Shown here: one piece after another, positions 19,001 through 27,171 of the stretch
Layout of the letters: every line of letters starts with the position of its first letter
How positions within the stretch are numbered: position 1 is the stretch's first letter
Program-made: the position numbers and the translations under genes
Notes under the pieces: generated by a model
Told to the model about the DNA's origin: nothing
The model's input: only the letters and a program-made list of their open reading frames with translations
Database searches by the model: none
Assembly (NCBI GenBank): GCA_041659265.1
Contig: JBAZYP010000001.1
Location: 128,817-192,816, forward strand
Direction of reading: 5' to 3'
Source: Candidatus Pacearchaeota archaeon
Lineage (GTDB): Archaea > Nanobdellota > Nanobdellia > Pacearchaeales > GW2011-AR1
DNA: 64,000 nt

Positions 19001-19053
19001 AATCAAGATTTATACAAGTAAATCTAGAATCTGGAAGTTATTTTACTTTGTAA
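16003..19053 (+). CDS. large surface protein: N-terminal TM, Gly-rich linker, Cys-rich module, parallel beta-helix, C-terminal CarboxypepD_reg-like domain
   Basis: The track start at 15985 is TTG; the ATG is at 16003. Features are the TM helix ILAYLAIIAALIIFF, GGGGSSGGSGGGSGGG, about 30 Cys in CGDNGCGGTCGIC-type repeats, NN-rich beta-helix repeats, and a C-terminus paralogous to the 1..1287 product. Confidence 0.7.
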   Translation: MVEIPIINVEVPKLEYLVWGDKYDKKKDKKKIYKILAYLAIIAALIIFFRFALLAYLYIANLPKINSYDANIERIALSDDGKQAYIKLTGGNSKEIESIKFIFRTNESEYIYETTDGIKEITYEDKRFLTYFANPEYEGSYDYSIKSGDIGLEDFRGIIKVEVLIRYKDEKSGEIKETKIVDSTKKSDIKVVSGGYSGGGGSSGGSGGGSGGGDNNPTCTPSCSGKNCGDNGCGGTCGICNDNNECTDESCNSGSCSFVNKSDGSICSSGTCKSGRCVSCQSDSECNDNINCTTDKCTLGRCEITTNNNLCTNGNICDRFYGCVPEIHITQEWLNSKGKSPYYLDTAGAKYILETDVVTNGTAFKIIAKGITFDLNSYTIIYDDFESGVQNSGFEESDSNDPTIPLGWNLSLAPSARRVSNLNIHLIDYYHLEFVNAKNGEEIISSWTNLPNKGKLMLYLGSDLANMKPLPNYIVNIEYENGTVLYSLNFNNSLDFYEIDAFPYSGKYRLRLKILNAEQLNWSSYPYLPPKGVIPIDELNIKPHNNFGIDLRFNNQNTKILNGKIIQGKGGGPRNPAIYCSGSAIYNNLEISTNGPDSVAIECGYSSNVTLSNSKINGGSSFKFNRHQISAALDFGSTNNIFIFNNNISTEKGYGGLQLSGGSNYYIYNNKFISRSTLVNHHAIVIYQGQYSEIYNNNIIADPGQGILISGSSNNHNVFNNNITILKSAPGPFQGFFSLDAFRTNDYGCCNSNITFHNNNILVYGKVDEFYSGMSTTVNGICNNANGENISYSNNYIKAIQLDQNVNTWGMEPGSGYQGNQVLINNNTFESNYRNIVFVGYPSISLNNRFISNTFIKNIDYPSSNYATIGSARCYVSGGLRCVDNTRFIDSKFLNGASFANLDKKWSNYSFYIDWILNLVIKDNSLNPINEANINIFDKNGKLVFNGSSDSHGNLNNILLNEYNIYGAYSNSFNNYSSPYIISISKFGYETFSFELNLNQSRFIQVNLESGSYFTL

Positions 19054-19073
19054 TAACTTAAAATTTAATATAT

Positions 19074-19757
19074 TTATTTTCCAAAATTTCTTTTTCTTAA
19101 ATGATATTCTTTGATGCAATCTAAAAGGTCTTCTTTATTAAATTCTGGCCAGAATTTATCAAGAAAGAACCATTCTGAATATATTGATTGCCATGGAAGA
19201 AAGTTAGATGTTCTTTTTTCTCCACCTGTTCTGATTATTATTTCAGGTTCGCTTGGAAGATAGAGGTAATTTTTAATTGTCTCTTCATTAATATCCTTTA
19301 TTTGGATATTATTTTTTAAAATATTTTTTATTGCATCCATTATTTCTTGTCTTCCTCCATAAGCTATTGCAAAATTAACAATTAAATCAGAATAATCTTT
19401 TGTTTTATTCATTAGATTTTTGCAAATTTCTTGGATATCATCAGGAAGGAGAGAAATGTTACCTATAAAATTAATTTTTATTTTATTTTTATGGATATTT
19501 TCATTATCAAGTTCCTTGAAAACTTTTCTGAAAAGAGTATAAAGAAAATCGAGTTCATTTTTTGGTCTATTATTTATATTTTCTATTGATAGAGTATAGA
19601 AAGTTAGTTCTTTAATGCCAAGTTCTTTAGAATAATCAAGAAGATCAAAAACTTTTTCCTTACCGAAAACATGTCCTTTCCAGGGTTCTAATAAAAGTTT
19701 TTTTGCATATCTTCTATTTCCATCCATGATTATTGCTATATGCTTTGGTGAGTTCAT
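19074..19757 (-). CDS. uppS: cis-prenyltransferase (undecaprenyl diphosphate synthase family)
   Basis: It has HIAIIMDGNRRYA and C-terminal RTSNFLPWQ motifs. Confidence 0.9.
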   Translation of the reverse strand: MNSPKHIAIIMDGNRRYAKKLLLEPWKGHVFGKEKVFDLLDYSKELGIKELTFYTLSIENINNRPKNELDFLYTLFRKVFKELDNENIHKNKIKINFIGNISLLPDDIQEICKNLMNKTKDYSDLIVNFAIAYGGRQEIMDAIKNILKNNIQIKDINEETIKNYLYLPSEPEIIIRTGGEKRTSNFLPWQSIYSEWFFLDKFWPEFNKEDLLDCIKEYHLRKRNFGK

Positions 19758-19863
19758 TTATGTTTAAATTAAATTTCTGTTTTAAAGCTTTCTTTTTATA
19801 CTATTAAAATTTATATTAAAAAAAAATCGAATAATTTATATATTAAGAAATATATATTAGAAA

Positions 19864-20382
19864 ATGGAAAATAGAGGTGAAAATAAGTTTCCATTCAAGA
19901 AAATATCTTTGAAATTGCTTTGGTTTTTTCCAATAGTAGTATTAAGTGTAGTTTTGATATGGATAATTTTATTATTAAATTCTTTTGTATTCTTGCTTAT
20001 TGGTAATGGTCTTGTTTATAATTATGTTCTTAGTTTTATCCAATGGTTTTATCCAAGCCAAATTGGTTATTATGAGTCTATGTATGGATTTGTAGGATTA
20101 TGGGCTATGATATTTGCATTATCGATAACATCTGTTATTTGTTTAGAACCTATATTAAAAGATTTAAAAAAGAAGGAAAAGAAAAAAGAATCCTTTAATA
20201 TCTTTTTAATGATATTTTTATCTCAATTATTCACATGGCTGATAATTATTAATATATTTAAGGATAGTTTTCTATCTGGATATATGGATATAGTTCCATT
20301 AATTATAGGATTAATTGTATTATTTATTTTAATTTTAAATCAAAATATAATATTTTATAAAAAACCAAAAAAAAGACGTTGA
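19864..20382 (+). CDS. hypothetical multi-pass membrane protein (tandem paralog 1)
   Basis: Its N-terminus FPFKKISLKLLWFFPIVVL resembles FPLRNIFIRLLYFFPALL of the next gene. It has four hydrophobic segments. Confidence 0.5.
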   Translation: MENRGENKFPFKKISLKLLWFFPIVVLSVVLIWIILLLNSFVFLLIGNGLVYNYVLSFIQWFYPSQIGYYESMYGFVGLWAMIFALSITSVICLEPILKDLKKKEKKKESFNIFLMIFLSQLFTWLIIINIFKDSFLSGYMDIVPLIIGLIVLFILILNQNIIFYKKPKKRR

Positions 20383-20425
20383 TATATATGATTAGATTTA
20401 TATATTATAAAATACTAATAAAAAA

Positions 20426-20875
20426 ATGAAAAAGAGAAAATTAATGAAAAGAAAAATTGTAAAAGAAAAATTTCCATTAAGAAATATTTTTATCCGATTA
20501 CTTTATTTTTTTCCTGCTTTACTTATATGCAGTGTTATATTAACGCTAATTTTTTATTTAATTGATAATATTACCCCTATAGAATACCAAATAGATTCTT
20601 TAGTAGTACTTGCATCAATTATTGCTTTTACATTGAGTGCAGATTATAGTTTTAGATTATTTGTAACTGAAAAAAGATTTAAACATCCAAATAAAAAACT
20701 TGCGTCATTTGATACTTTGATATTTTTAATTCAAATTTTTGCTTTAGTTATATTTGTAAGTATTATTTCAAATGGAAATTATTCAAATGTTAAGATATTA
20801 GAGATATTTCCTTTACTATCTGGATTACTAACTTTTGTAATTATTGTTTTTTCTGAAATGAAAAAATTTGAATAA
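20426..20875 (+). CDS. hypothetical multi-pass membrane protein (tandem paralog 2)
   Basis: See 19864..20382; it has the same topology and the same N-terminal motif. Confidence 0.5.
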   Translation: MKKRKLMKRKIVKEKFPLRNIFIRLLYFFPALLICSVILTLIFYLIDNITPIEYQIDSLVVLASIIAFTLSADYSFRLFVTEKRFKHPNKKLASFDTLIFLIQIFALVIFVSIISNGNYSNVKILEIFPLLSGLLTFVIIVFSEMKKFE

Positions 20876-20884
20876 ATTTTTTAT

Positions 20885-22174
20885 TTAATTCTTTTTAGCT
20901 TTAATTTCTTTAAAATTAGTGTATTTATGAAGAACTTTTGGTATCTTAATTGATCCATCTTTTTGCTGATTATTTTCTATAATTGTTACTAATATTCTTG
21001 AGGTTGCTAATGCTGTATCATTTAAAGTATGTAATACTCTTCTTACGCCATGTTTATCAATACATTTAATATCTAATTTTCTAGCTTGATAGTCAGTACA
21101 GTTAGTTAGAGACATGACTTCCCCATATTCTTTAGTAGTGGGTCTATAAACCTCAAAATCTGCACTCCTAAATTTCCAATCAGCTAAGTCTCCTGAACAA
21201 ATCTCTATAATTCTAAATGGAAGTTCTAAAGCAGTTAATATTTCTTCAGAATTTTTCATTAGCTCATCATATAATTTTTCTGAATCTTCTGGTTTACAAA
21301 ATATAAATTGTTCAATTTTGTTGAATTGATGTGTTCTCCATAATCCTTTTTCATTTATTCCGTGAGCCCCTATTTCTTTTCTGAAACACATTGAATAAGA
21401 AAAATATTTTTTTGGTAATTCTTCTTCAGAGATAACATTTCCAGAATGCATTGCTAATAATGATTGTTCTGCTGTACCTATAAGATTTAAATCTTCATCT
21501 TTAATTGAATAAACTGATTGTTCTATAGCTGCTTTATCCATTGAAGCAAAAATAGATGATTCGTTAAGCATTAAAGGGGTTTCAATATAATTATAACCTT
21601 TTTCTCTCATGAAGTCTATTGTAAATCTTATTAGGGCTTGATTAAGAATTGCTAGTTCGTCTTTAAGATAATAAAATCCTTTTCCAGAAACCGATGCAGC
21701 TGATTCAAAATCTGCTATTTTAAGATTTTCTAAGATTTCAACATGATTTCTTATTGGAAAATCAAATTTTGGAATTAAACCTATTTTCTTTATTTCTTTA
21801 TTTTCCGATTCGTCTTTACCTTTTGGAACTTTTGATGACATTAAGTTAGGTATTTGAAGCATCATATGCTTAATTTCTTCTAAAAGTTTTATTTCTTTTT
21901 CTTCTAGTTTTTCAATTTCAATTGGAATATCTTTTGCTTTTTTTATAAGTTCTTCTGCTTTTTTATTGTCTTTATCTTTTTTTGCTTTATTAATTTCTTC
22001 AGAAATTTTATTTCTTTCTTTTCTTAAATTATCTGCTTGAAATTTTGATTTTCTCCATTCTTCATCTTTTTTCTTTATTTTTTCAACTAGAATAATTTTA
22101 GGATCTTGAAATTTTTTTTTAATATTTTCAATAACTTTATCTGGTTCTTCTCTAATATATTTTATATCTATCAT
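20885..22174 (-). CDS. serS: seryl-tRNA synthetase
   Basis: It has an N-terminal coiled-coil arm and class II motifs (GTAEQS, CFRKEIGAHG, RTHQFNKIEQF). The true start is the ATG at 22174 (MIDIKYIREEP); the 37-aa upstream extension is hydrophobic junk. Confidence 0.9.
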   Translation of the reverse strand: MIDIKYIREEPDKVIENIKKKFQDPKIILVEKIKKKDEEWRKSKFQADNLRKERNKISEEINKAKKDKDNKKAEELIKKAKDIPIEIEKLEEKEIKLLEEIKHMMLQIPNLMSSKVPKGKDESENKEIKKIGLIPKFDFPIRNHVEILENLKIADFESAASVSGKGFYYLKDELAILNQALIRFTIDFMREKGYNYIETPLMLNESSIFASMDKAAIEQSVYSIKDEDLNLIGTAEQSLLAMHSGNVISEEELPKKYFSYSMCFRKEIGAHGINEKGLWRTHQFNKIEQFIFCKPEDSEKLYDELMKNSEEILTALELPFRIIEICSGDLADWKFRSADFEVYRPTTKEYGEVMSLTNCTDYQARKLDIKCIDKHGVRRVLHTLNDTALATSRILVTIIENNQQKDGSIKIPKVLHKYTNFKEIKAKKN

Positions 22175-22510
22175 GAATTTAATAGAGAGATGGAATATAT
22201 ATAAAAGTTTTGTAAGAAATAATTTGCAAAAACTTATAAAATAAATAACTATTAAGTGATAATATAATAAAGGTTTTTGAACCAAGTTTATAGTAGTAAA
22301 CTTAAGTCACTATTTTTTTAAGTACTTAAATTTTGTTACTCAATGGTTAATTTTCCGTACAGAAAGTTTTATAAATGACTATATGACTTAAATATATAGT
22401 TCTAAAACAGTGCATAAAAAAGTACTTTTTAGAGTATAGTTATTGAAAGTTAAGAAATTAATCTTTTAAAAAACGCCCTTTCGAGGGAAATTAAATAAAC
22501 ACAAAAAAAC

Positions 22511-22774
22511 ATGAAAGACAACTTTGACATCTTTTTCAGAAGAAAGCCTGCATTAATGCTGGTTGCTCTAAGAAAAATGTCTAAGGTAAGGTACGGTTCT
22601 GTACTTGCAAAAGAAGTAGATTGTACTTATTCGCATGCAGTAAAGATACTGCAGACATTAGAAGGTCTTGGTTTGGTTAACTTCCAGAAGAAAGGAAGAA
22701 TCAAGCTGATTGAACTAACTAAGAAAGGCGAAGAGATTGCAGAACACATTGAGAACATTAGAAGAAAATTATAA
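22511..22774 (+). CDS. small winged-helix transcriptional regulator (ArsR/MarR-like)
   Basis: YGSVLAKEVDCTYSHAVKILQTLEGLGLVNFQKKGRIKLIELTKKG is a classic wHTH plus wing. Confidence 0.65.
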   Translation: MKDNFDIFFRRKPALMLVALRKMSKVRYGSVLAKEVDCTYSHAVKILQTLEGLGLVNFQKKGRIKLIELTKKGEEIAEHIENIRRKL

Positions 22775-22925
22775 TTATTTATACCTCACTTTAGATTTTT
22801 AGAGGAAAGCAACTATCCAATTTGGATTTTTTTTCCAAGGGGTGATTTTTATTTTTTTATTTTCGAACTTTTATCTTATATTTTTTTATATAAATCTTTA
22901 AATATATTATTTTGATATTATCTTT

Positions 22926-23168
22926 ATGTCACTTGAAATTTTTGAAGGTATTATTGAATCTGTTATTGGAGAATCTATTGAATCAATAAGAAATAGACCC
23001 CTTGAACCTAGGAAAGATCTAGAAAGTGGAAAATTTGGTATCCCTCCAAGATTAGCTGTACCAATATATAATTCTAAAACATGCAAATATACAAATAATT
23101 TTAGGGAAATATTTCCAGACACAAGTTCTTATTATGATGATGCTATGAAGAGATTATCAAAACTTTAA
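22926..23168 (+). CDS. hypothetical protein
   Basis: A TATA-like tttatataaat lies about 40 nt upstream. An antisense ORF of similar length also exists, so coding status is uncertain. Confidence 0.3.
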   Translation: MSLEIFEGIIESVIGESIESIRNRPLEPRKDLESGKFGIPPRLAVPIYNSKTCKYTNNFREIFPDTSSYYDDAMKRLSKL

Positions 23169-23176
23169 ATTTTTTT

Positions 23177-23338
23177 TATCTAGAACATGTTACATTCTTT
23201 TTTGGACAACATACTATCGCCTATTGGCGAGATAAAACTATCTAGAACTTGTTACATTCTTTTTTGGACAACATACTATCGCCTATTGGCGAGATAAAAC
23301 TATCTAGAACTTGTTACATTCTTTTTTGGACAACATGA
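23177..23338. repeat. three tandem copies (62-bp period) of the last 12 codons of nth plus a 26-bp hairpin spacer
   Basis: tatctagaac(a/t)tgttacattcttttttggacaacat starts at 23177, 23239 and 23301, and the third copy is the real gene end. The spacer actatcgcctattggcgagataaaac contains the tcgcc/ggcga hairpin. Confidence 0.85.
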
Positions 23339-24013
23339 ACTTACTGGACATCTTGAACAGAATGGAGAGATGGGCGTGCAAATTGTTCTTCCAAATAATA
23401 CAAATATTCCATTGAATTCAAACCAATATTCTTTTGGTAAAATTTGTTCTAGGACTTTTTCTGTTTGTTCTGGAGTTTTTGTTGATAACCAACCTAATCT
23501 ATTTGGAATCCTATGGCAGTGAGTATCAATAGGTAAAGTTGGTTGGTTGAAAGCAAAATTTAAGACTATATTCGCTGTTTTTGGTCCAATTCCTTTTATT
23601 GAAATTAAATCATCCTTATTATTCGGCACATTACCTTTAAATCTATCAATTAATTCTTTTGAAACGCTCTTTAAAGTTAATGCTTTTTTATGATAATGTC
23701 CTGTTGAATAGATTATTCCTTCTAATCTACCTATTGGAAGATTTAATATTTTTTCAGGAGTATCTGCAACTTTGAAAAGATTTTCTGAGATTTTTTCTGT
23801 TGTTTCGTCTCTTGATCTTAATGATAATAAACATGATATTAATATTTTGAATGGATTAGGATCTTCTTTTCTCATTCGATTTAATGTTGTTCTTTCAGTA
23901 TAATTGAATTCTTTTTCTAAAGTTTGCATAACCTTAGAAATATTTTCTTTAGAATTATATGCAAAGTTATAGTTCCTTCTAATGGTTTTTGTGTATTCAC
24001 TCCTCTTTATCAT
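23300..24013 (-). CDS. nth: endonuclease III (HhH-GPD DNA glycosylase, 4Fe-4S)
   Basis: It has the HhH motif IKGIGPKTANIVL, DTHCHRI, and the C-terminal cluster C-x6-C-x2-C-x5-C. Confidence 0.9.
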   Translation of the reverse strand: MIKRSEYTKTIRRNYNFAYNSKENISKVMQTLEKEFNYTERTTLNRMRKEDPNPFKILISCLLSLRSRDETTEKISENLFKVADTPEKILNLPIGRLEGIIYSTGHYHKKALTLKSVSKELIDRFKGNVPNNKDDLISIKGIGPKTANIVLNFAFNQPTLPIDTHCHRIPNRLGWLSTKTPEQTEKVLEQILPKEYWFEFNGIFVLFGRTICTPISPFCSRCPVSSCCPKKNVTSSR

Positions 24014-24133
24014 GTTTCATAGGGTCTTTTTTTGTTTTTAAAGTTTTAGATGTTATTATTCAAGTTTTCAATATAAAAATGGGATTTCAATTACATTTTT
24101 AAATCAAGTTTTTCTTAAGTTTAATGAAGACAT

Positions 24134-24208
24134 GGATGCGTAGCTCAGCCTGGTTAGAGCACCGGACTCTTAATCCGGGTGTCGGGAGTTCAAATCTCCT
24201 CGCGTCCA
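24134..24208 (+). tRNA. tRNA-Lys (anticodon CUU), no encoded CCA
   Basis: I folded the cloverleaf by hand. The acceptor stem is GGAUGCG/CGCGUCC, the D arm is GCUC..GAGC, the anticodon stem is CCGGA/UCCGG with loop CUCUUAA, the T arm is GGGAG UUCAAAU CUCCU, and the discriminator is A. Confidence 0.9.
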
Positions 24209-24370
24209 GTTTTATTTAGAGATTTTCACTCTTACAAACAAGTATGTTTGTAAGATCCTTAACAATTTATTATGAAAATAAATTCTTGGGAACATTCAAA
24301 ACAGGCATGTTTTGAAGTTTTCAAATCTCCTCAGAGTCCAGTTTTATTTAGAGATTTTCACTCTTACAAA
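24189..24370. repeat. direct duplication (about 50 bp, period 131 bp) of the tRNA-Lys T-loop/3' end plus downstream sequence
   Basis: ttcaaatctcctcgcgtccagttttatttagagattttcactcttacaaa at 24189 matches ttcaaatctcctcagagtccagtttta...cttacaaa at 24320. Each copy is followed by a hairpin (cttacaaaca/tgtttgtaag and tacaaatca/tgatttgta). Confidence 0.8.
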
Positions 24371-24524
24371 TCATTGATTTGTAGGCATTAAAAAAATATC
24401 GAAATTTTTTAGGCATATTATATATTTAAAAACAAAATTAAGGTAGATTATATATTATTTAGTAACTATTATAAAATGGTAAAAAGGAAAGTTTTAAATA
24501 CCCCATAATAATCATTTTTATAAG

Positions 24525-24680
24525 ATGGACAGATTAGAACATAACATAAAAATGTCTTTTAGCATGGTCAAAAGAGATATGGATCATTTAAAGAGCAAGG
24601 TAGAGGAATTAATGTTAAGACTTGATAATCTTGATAGATTAGCAAGCGAATTAAAATCAAAGCCTAATAGAAGAAAATGA
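24525..24680 (+). CDS. small coiled-coil protein (51 aa, below the ORF-track cutoff)
   Basis: My translation is MDRLEHNIKMSFSMVKRDMDHLKSKVEELMLRLDNLDRLASELKSKPNRRK. An ATGA overlap joins it to the next small ORF, which is a paralog. Confidence 0.4.
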   Translation: MDRLEHNIKMSFSMVKRDMDHLKSKVEELMLRLDNLDRLASELKSKPNRRK

Positions 24681-24856
24681 GTAATATTGAACCTAAAATC
24701 TCCAAATCTTTTAAATCAGTTAAACAAGATATAGTTGAACTTCATACTAGATTAGAAGAAGCTTCTAGAAAACAAGAAGAATTAATTAAAGCTATTAGTG
24801 AAATAAAAACTAAAGTTAAAAGAACAAGCAAAAAAAAGGCTAGTAGAAAAAAGTAA
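24677..24856 (+). CDS. small coiled-coil protein (59 aa, below the ORF-track cutoff), paralog of 24525..24680
   Basis: My translation is MSNIEPKISKSFKSVKQDIVELHTRLEEASRKQEELIKAISEIKTKVKRTSKKKASRKK. It shares the (K/M)SF..VK.D...L motif and a basic tail with the upstream ORF. Confidence 0.4.
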   Translation: MSNIEPKISKSFKSVKQDIVELHTRLEEASRKQEELIKAISEIKTKVKRTSKKKASRKK

Positions 24857-24862
24857 TTATTT

Positions 24863-25138
24863 TCATTCACTAATTGTTTCTAAAATATAAGGTATTTGTT
24901 CCATAAATAATTTCAAAAGTTCTTTTTCAGTAAGTCCTCTATTATTTTTAGCCATTTCAAAAGCTTTACCTGCTGCAGCAATCATAGCTAATTTTATTTT
25001 AAGGTCTTTTGTTTTTGTTCCTTCTGATATATAATCAGAAACATGCTGAAAAACTTCTTCATGGATTGCATTAGGGTTTTTTTTAGTATAATTAAAAACC
25101 TCGGATGCAGCTGAAACCATATTTATCTGTATATCCAT
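24863..25138 (-). CDS. hypothetical protein
   Basis: This is a 91-aa ORF with ordinary composition and no recognised motif. Confidence 0.45.
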   Translation of the reverse strand: MDIQINMVSAASEVFNYTKKNPNAIHEEVFQHVSDYISEGTKTKDLKIKLAMIAAAGKAFEMAKNNRGLTEKELLKLFMEQIPYILETISE

Positions 25139-25512
25139 TTTATCACCTTTTTATAAAAATAATTGGTTAGATACCTATTTAAATATTTTCTAGATGTATT
25201 ATATATAAAGAAGTATTCTTGAGAGTTAAATTATTAAACATTTATTCTTTTTCAACACTATCAAATGCTTTTTGAAGTTCATCTAAAACTTTTTGCATTT
25301 TATCATCTACTGTTTTATCTTTAAAATTAAGTTCAACTATTTCTTCTTCATTAGATTCCTTCTTTCTTTTCATAATATTTTAAAAATTTTCATATTTAAA
25401 AGGATTTGGATAGAAGATAAACTAGGTTATTTCTTTAAAAAAATAACAATTATTATCTTTTTATAAAAATATTTAAAATCAATGAATTAATTAATTTAGT
25501 GAGATTAATAAA

Positions 25513-25917
25513 ATGAATACAAATATTGAAAGTTTAATTAGTATTGCTCAAAAAGCAGGATATTATAATCTTTTAGGTCCTGAAGCAATGGATTCAAGAT
25601 TTTTTGGTAGGATTATAACTGAAGAACATGAGATAATTTATATTAGAAAAATTGATGAAAATAAGGTTGTTAGAAGAAGAGAAAATGAGACAAAGATCAA
25701 CCCTCCTGATATTGGTGATTTAGAACTTTTTGGATTTAGTGATCCTTATGATTATTCCAATTGCAGGGTCTATAGGATGGATGAAGAAAATCCATTTAGT
25801 TTTTATGAAGTGGAATCTAATTTCTATGATATAACTTATTTTGATTTAGATTCTAGATGTCCTATGTATAGTGGAGAAAGAGCGGTGGAATATATAAAAA
25901 AATATATTAAAGAATAA
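25513..25917 (+). CDS. hypothetical protein
   Basis: This is a 134-aa ORF with an ATG start and no recognised motif. Confidence 0.5.
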   Translation: MNTNIESLISIAQKAGYYNLLGPEAMDSRFFGRIITEEHEIIYIRKIDENKVVRRRENETKINPPDIGDLELFGFSDPYDYSNCRVYRMDEENPFSFYEVESNFYDITYFDLDSRCPMYSGERAVEYIKKYIKE

Positions 25918-26061
25918 ACTAAGGGGTTTTGTAATTCAAATATTTTTTATTTAATTTATTTAGATTATATTCATGTTATAATCTTATTTATAGGAAGTTT
26001 TTTAAATAAATTTTTTATCATGTTAGATATATTAGTTTAGTGGTTTAATTAATCGAATAAT

Positions 26062-26634
26062 ATGAAAGGACTATTAGTTCAATCTACTCTATATGGGAAA
26101 AGAGAATTAAACAAAATAGTTAGAACTAGGGAATTAAAAGGTCATAGTTCAAAAATTAAAGCAATAGGAACCCAATTGCCAATTTATAAAGATCGTCCAT
26201 TAAGTTATTGTAGCTTTTTTTGTAATGGTTATGATCAAGTTTATGGAAATCGAGAAGGAGTGATTTTTGAAACTGATTCTCCTGTTATTTATGCATGTCC
26301 TGTTGATGTTTTTCATTTAATTAGAGGGGGAATATGGCTTCCAGGATATGAAAGATTTATTTTTCCAACAATTGATAAAATGATTGAAAAATATCCTAAT
26401 TTAGGAATATTTAAAAAAGATTTTTCTGAATATTTTAGAAATTTGAAACCAGAAGAAGTTTATCCAGATAATACTAGAAATTTTGCAATACAAGAATTTG
26501 AATTTGATTATTGTTTACGTGATTGGAATCCTGGATGTAATGAAGTTACATTTGATAAACCTACAAAAATTAATAATGTAAGGATTTATAGTAGTGTGGA
26601 TGAATTGAAAAATATTCTTGAAATTAAAAATTAA
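26062..26634 (+). CDS. hypothetical protein
   Basis: This is a 190-aa ORF with an ATG start and no recognised motif. Confidence 0.5.
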   Translation: MKGLLVQSTLYGKRELNKIVRTRELKGHSSKIKAIGTQLPIYKDRPLSYCSFFCNGYDQVYGNREGVIFETDSPVIYACPVDVFHLIRGGIWLPGYERFIFPTIDKMIEKYPNLGIFKKDFSEYFRNLKPEEVYPDNTRNFAIQEFEFDYCLRDWNPGCNEVTFDKPTKINNVRIYSSVDELKNILEIKN

Positions 26635-26750
26635 TGATATATTTTATTCAAGTAGCTTTAAATCTTATATTCTATAGAATTACTATTAGTGGTATTCTCA
26701 ACTCGAATACCTTTAATTAAATGAAGAATTATTATTTAGATACCATTAAA

Positions 26751-27059
26751 TTAATGGTATTCTCGCCAAACATGTTTGCATTTGGTGCATCTAAAGAAAC
26801 GTGTTTCAGCTTCATCACCTGCTCTAGTTTGAGAGGTCCAGAAATACGCTTCTTTATTTGAGCATTTAGGGCAATTTGCATTTGTAATTGGAAATACATC
26901 TGTTTCTTTGTCTTTTATAAAACCAACCTCTAATCTAGAATCAATTTTTTCAGAAGATTCTATTTTAATCTTTCCTTTGGATTTATGGTTGCAACGAGGA
27001 CATCTAAATTCTTTATTCTTTTCAACTAACACACACCCACATTTTGGACAAAATTCCAT
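26751..27059 (-). CDS. tfs: transcription factor S / RNA polymerase subunit M (TFIIS-type zinc ribbon)
   Basis: The N-terminal Zn ribbon is CPKCG...CPRC. The C-terminal TFIIS ribbon is CPKCSNKEAYFWTSQTRAGDEAETRFFRCTKC. Confidence 0.85.
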   Translation of the reverse strand: MEFCPKCGCVLVEKNKEFRCPRCNHKSKGKIKIESSEKIDSRLEVGFIKDKETDVFPITNANCPKCSNKEAYFWTSQTRAGDEAETRFFRCTKCKHVWREYH

Positions 27060-27171
27060 GCTTTTTTTTGTTGAATATAATTTAAATACTTTTGTATAAC
27101 CTTATAAGTGATTATTTATTATTATATATTGAAAGAAGAAGCTTTATTAAGATTTTTTTCCTAATAGAATA

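Noticed and set aside
22175-22285. 37-aa N-terminal extension of serS in the ORF track
   Set aside because: The extension is a hydrophobic junk sequence. The canonical SerRS N-terminus MIDIKYIRE begins at the ATG at 22174.
22907-23122. 71-aa minus-strand ORF overlapping 22926..23168 (+)
   Set aside because: Only one of the two can be real. The plus-strand ORF has a TATA-like box and a less biased composition, but both calls are weak.
23177-23338. Mini CRISPR-like array
   Set aside because: The intervening spacers are identical to each other, the repeat is the coding tail of nth, and there are no cas genes. It is a tandem duplication.
24189-26634. Intact integrated provirus or plasmid at tRNA-Lys
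   Set aside because: No integrase, capsid or replication gene is recognisable. The two att-like copies are only 131 bp apart, and I did not see a third copy by eye downstream.
26686-26770. Duplication of the tfs 3' end (tta(g/a)tggtattctc)
   Set aside because: Only about 14 of 16 nt match, which is too short to separate from chance in AT-rich DNA. The ggtattc/gaatacc hairpin is real, however.
26908-27099. 63-aa ORF antisense to tfs; likewise 28246..28437, 29843..30049, 32195..32404, 53251..53523 and 57540..57749
   Set aside because: All lie antisense within or across strongly supported genes and encode low-complexity products.
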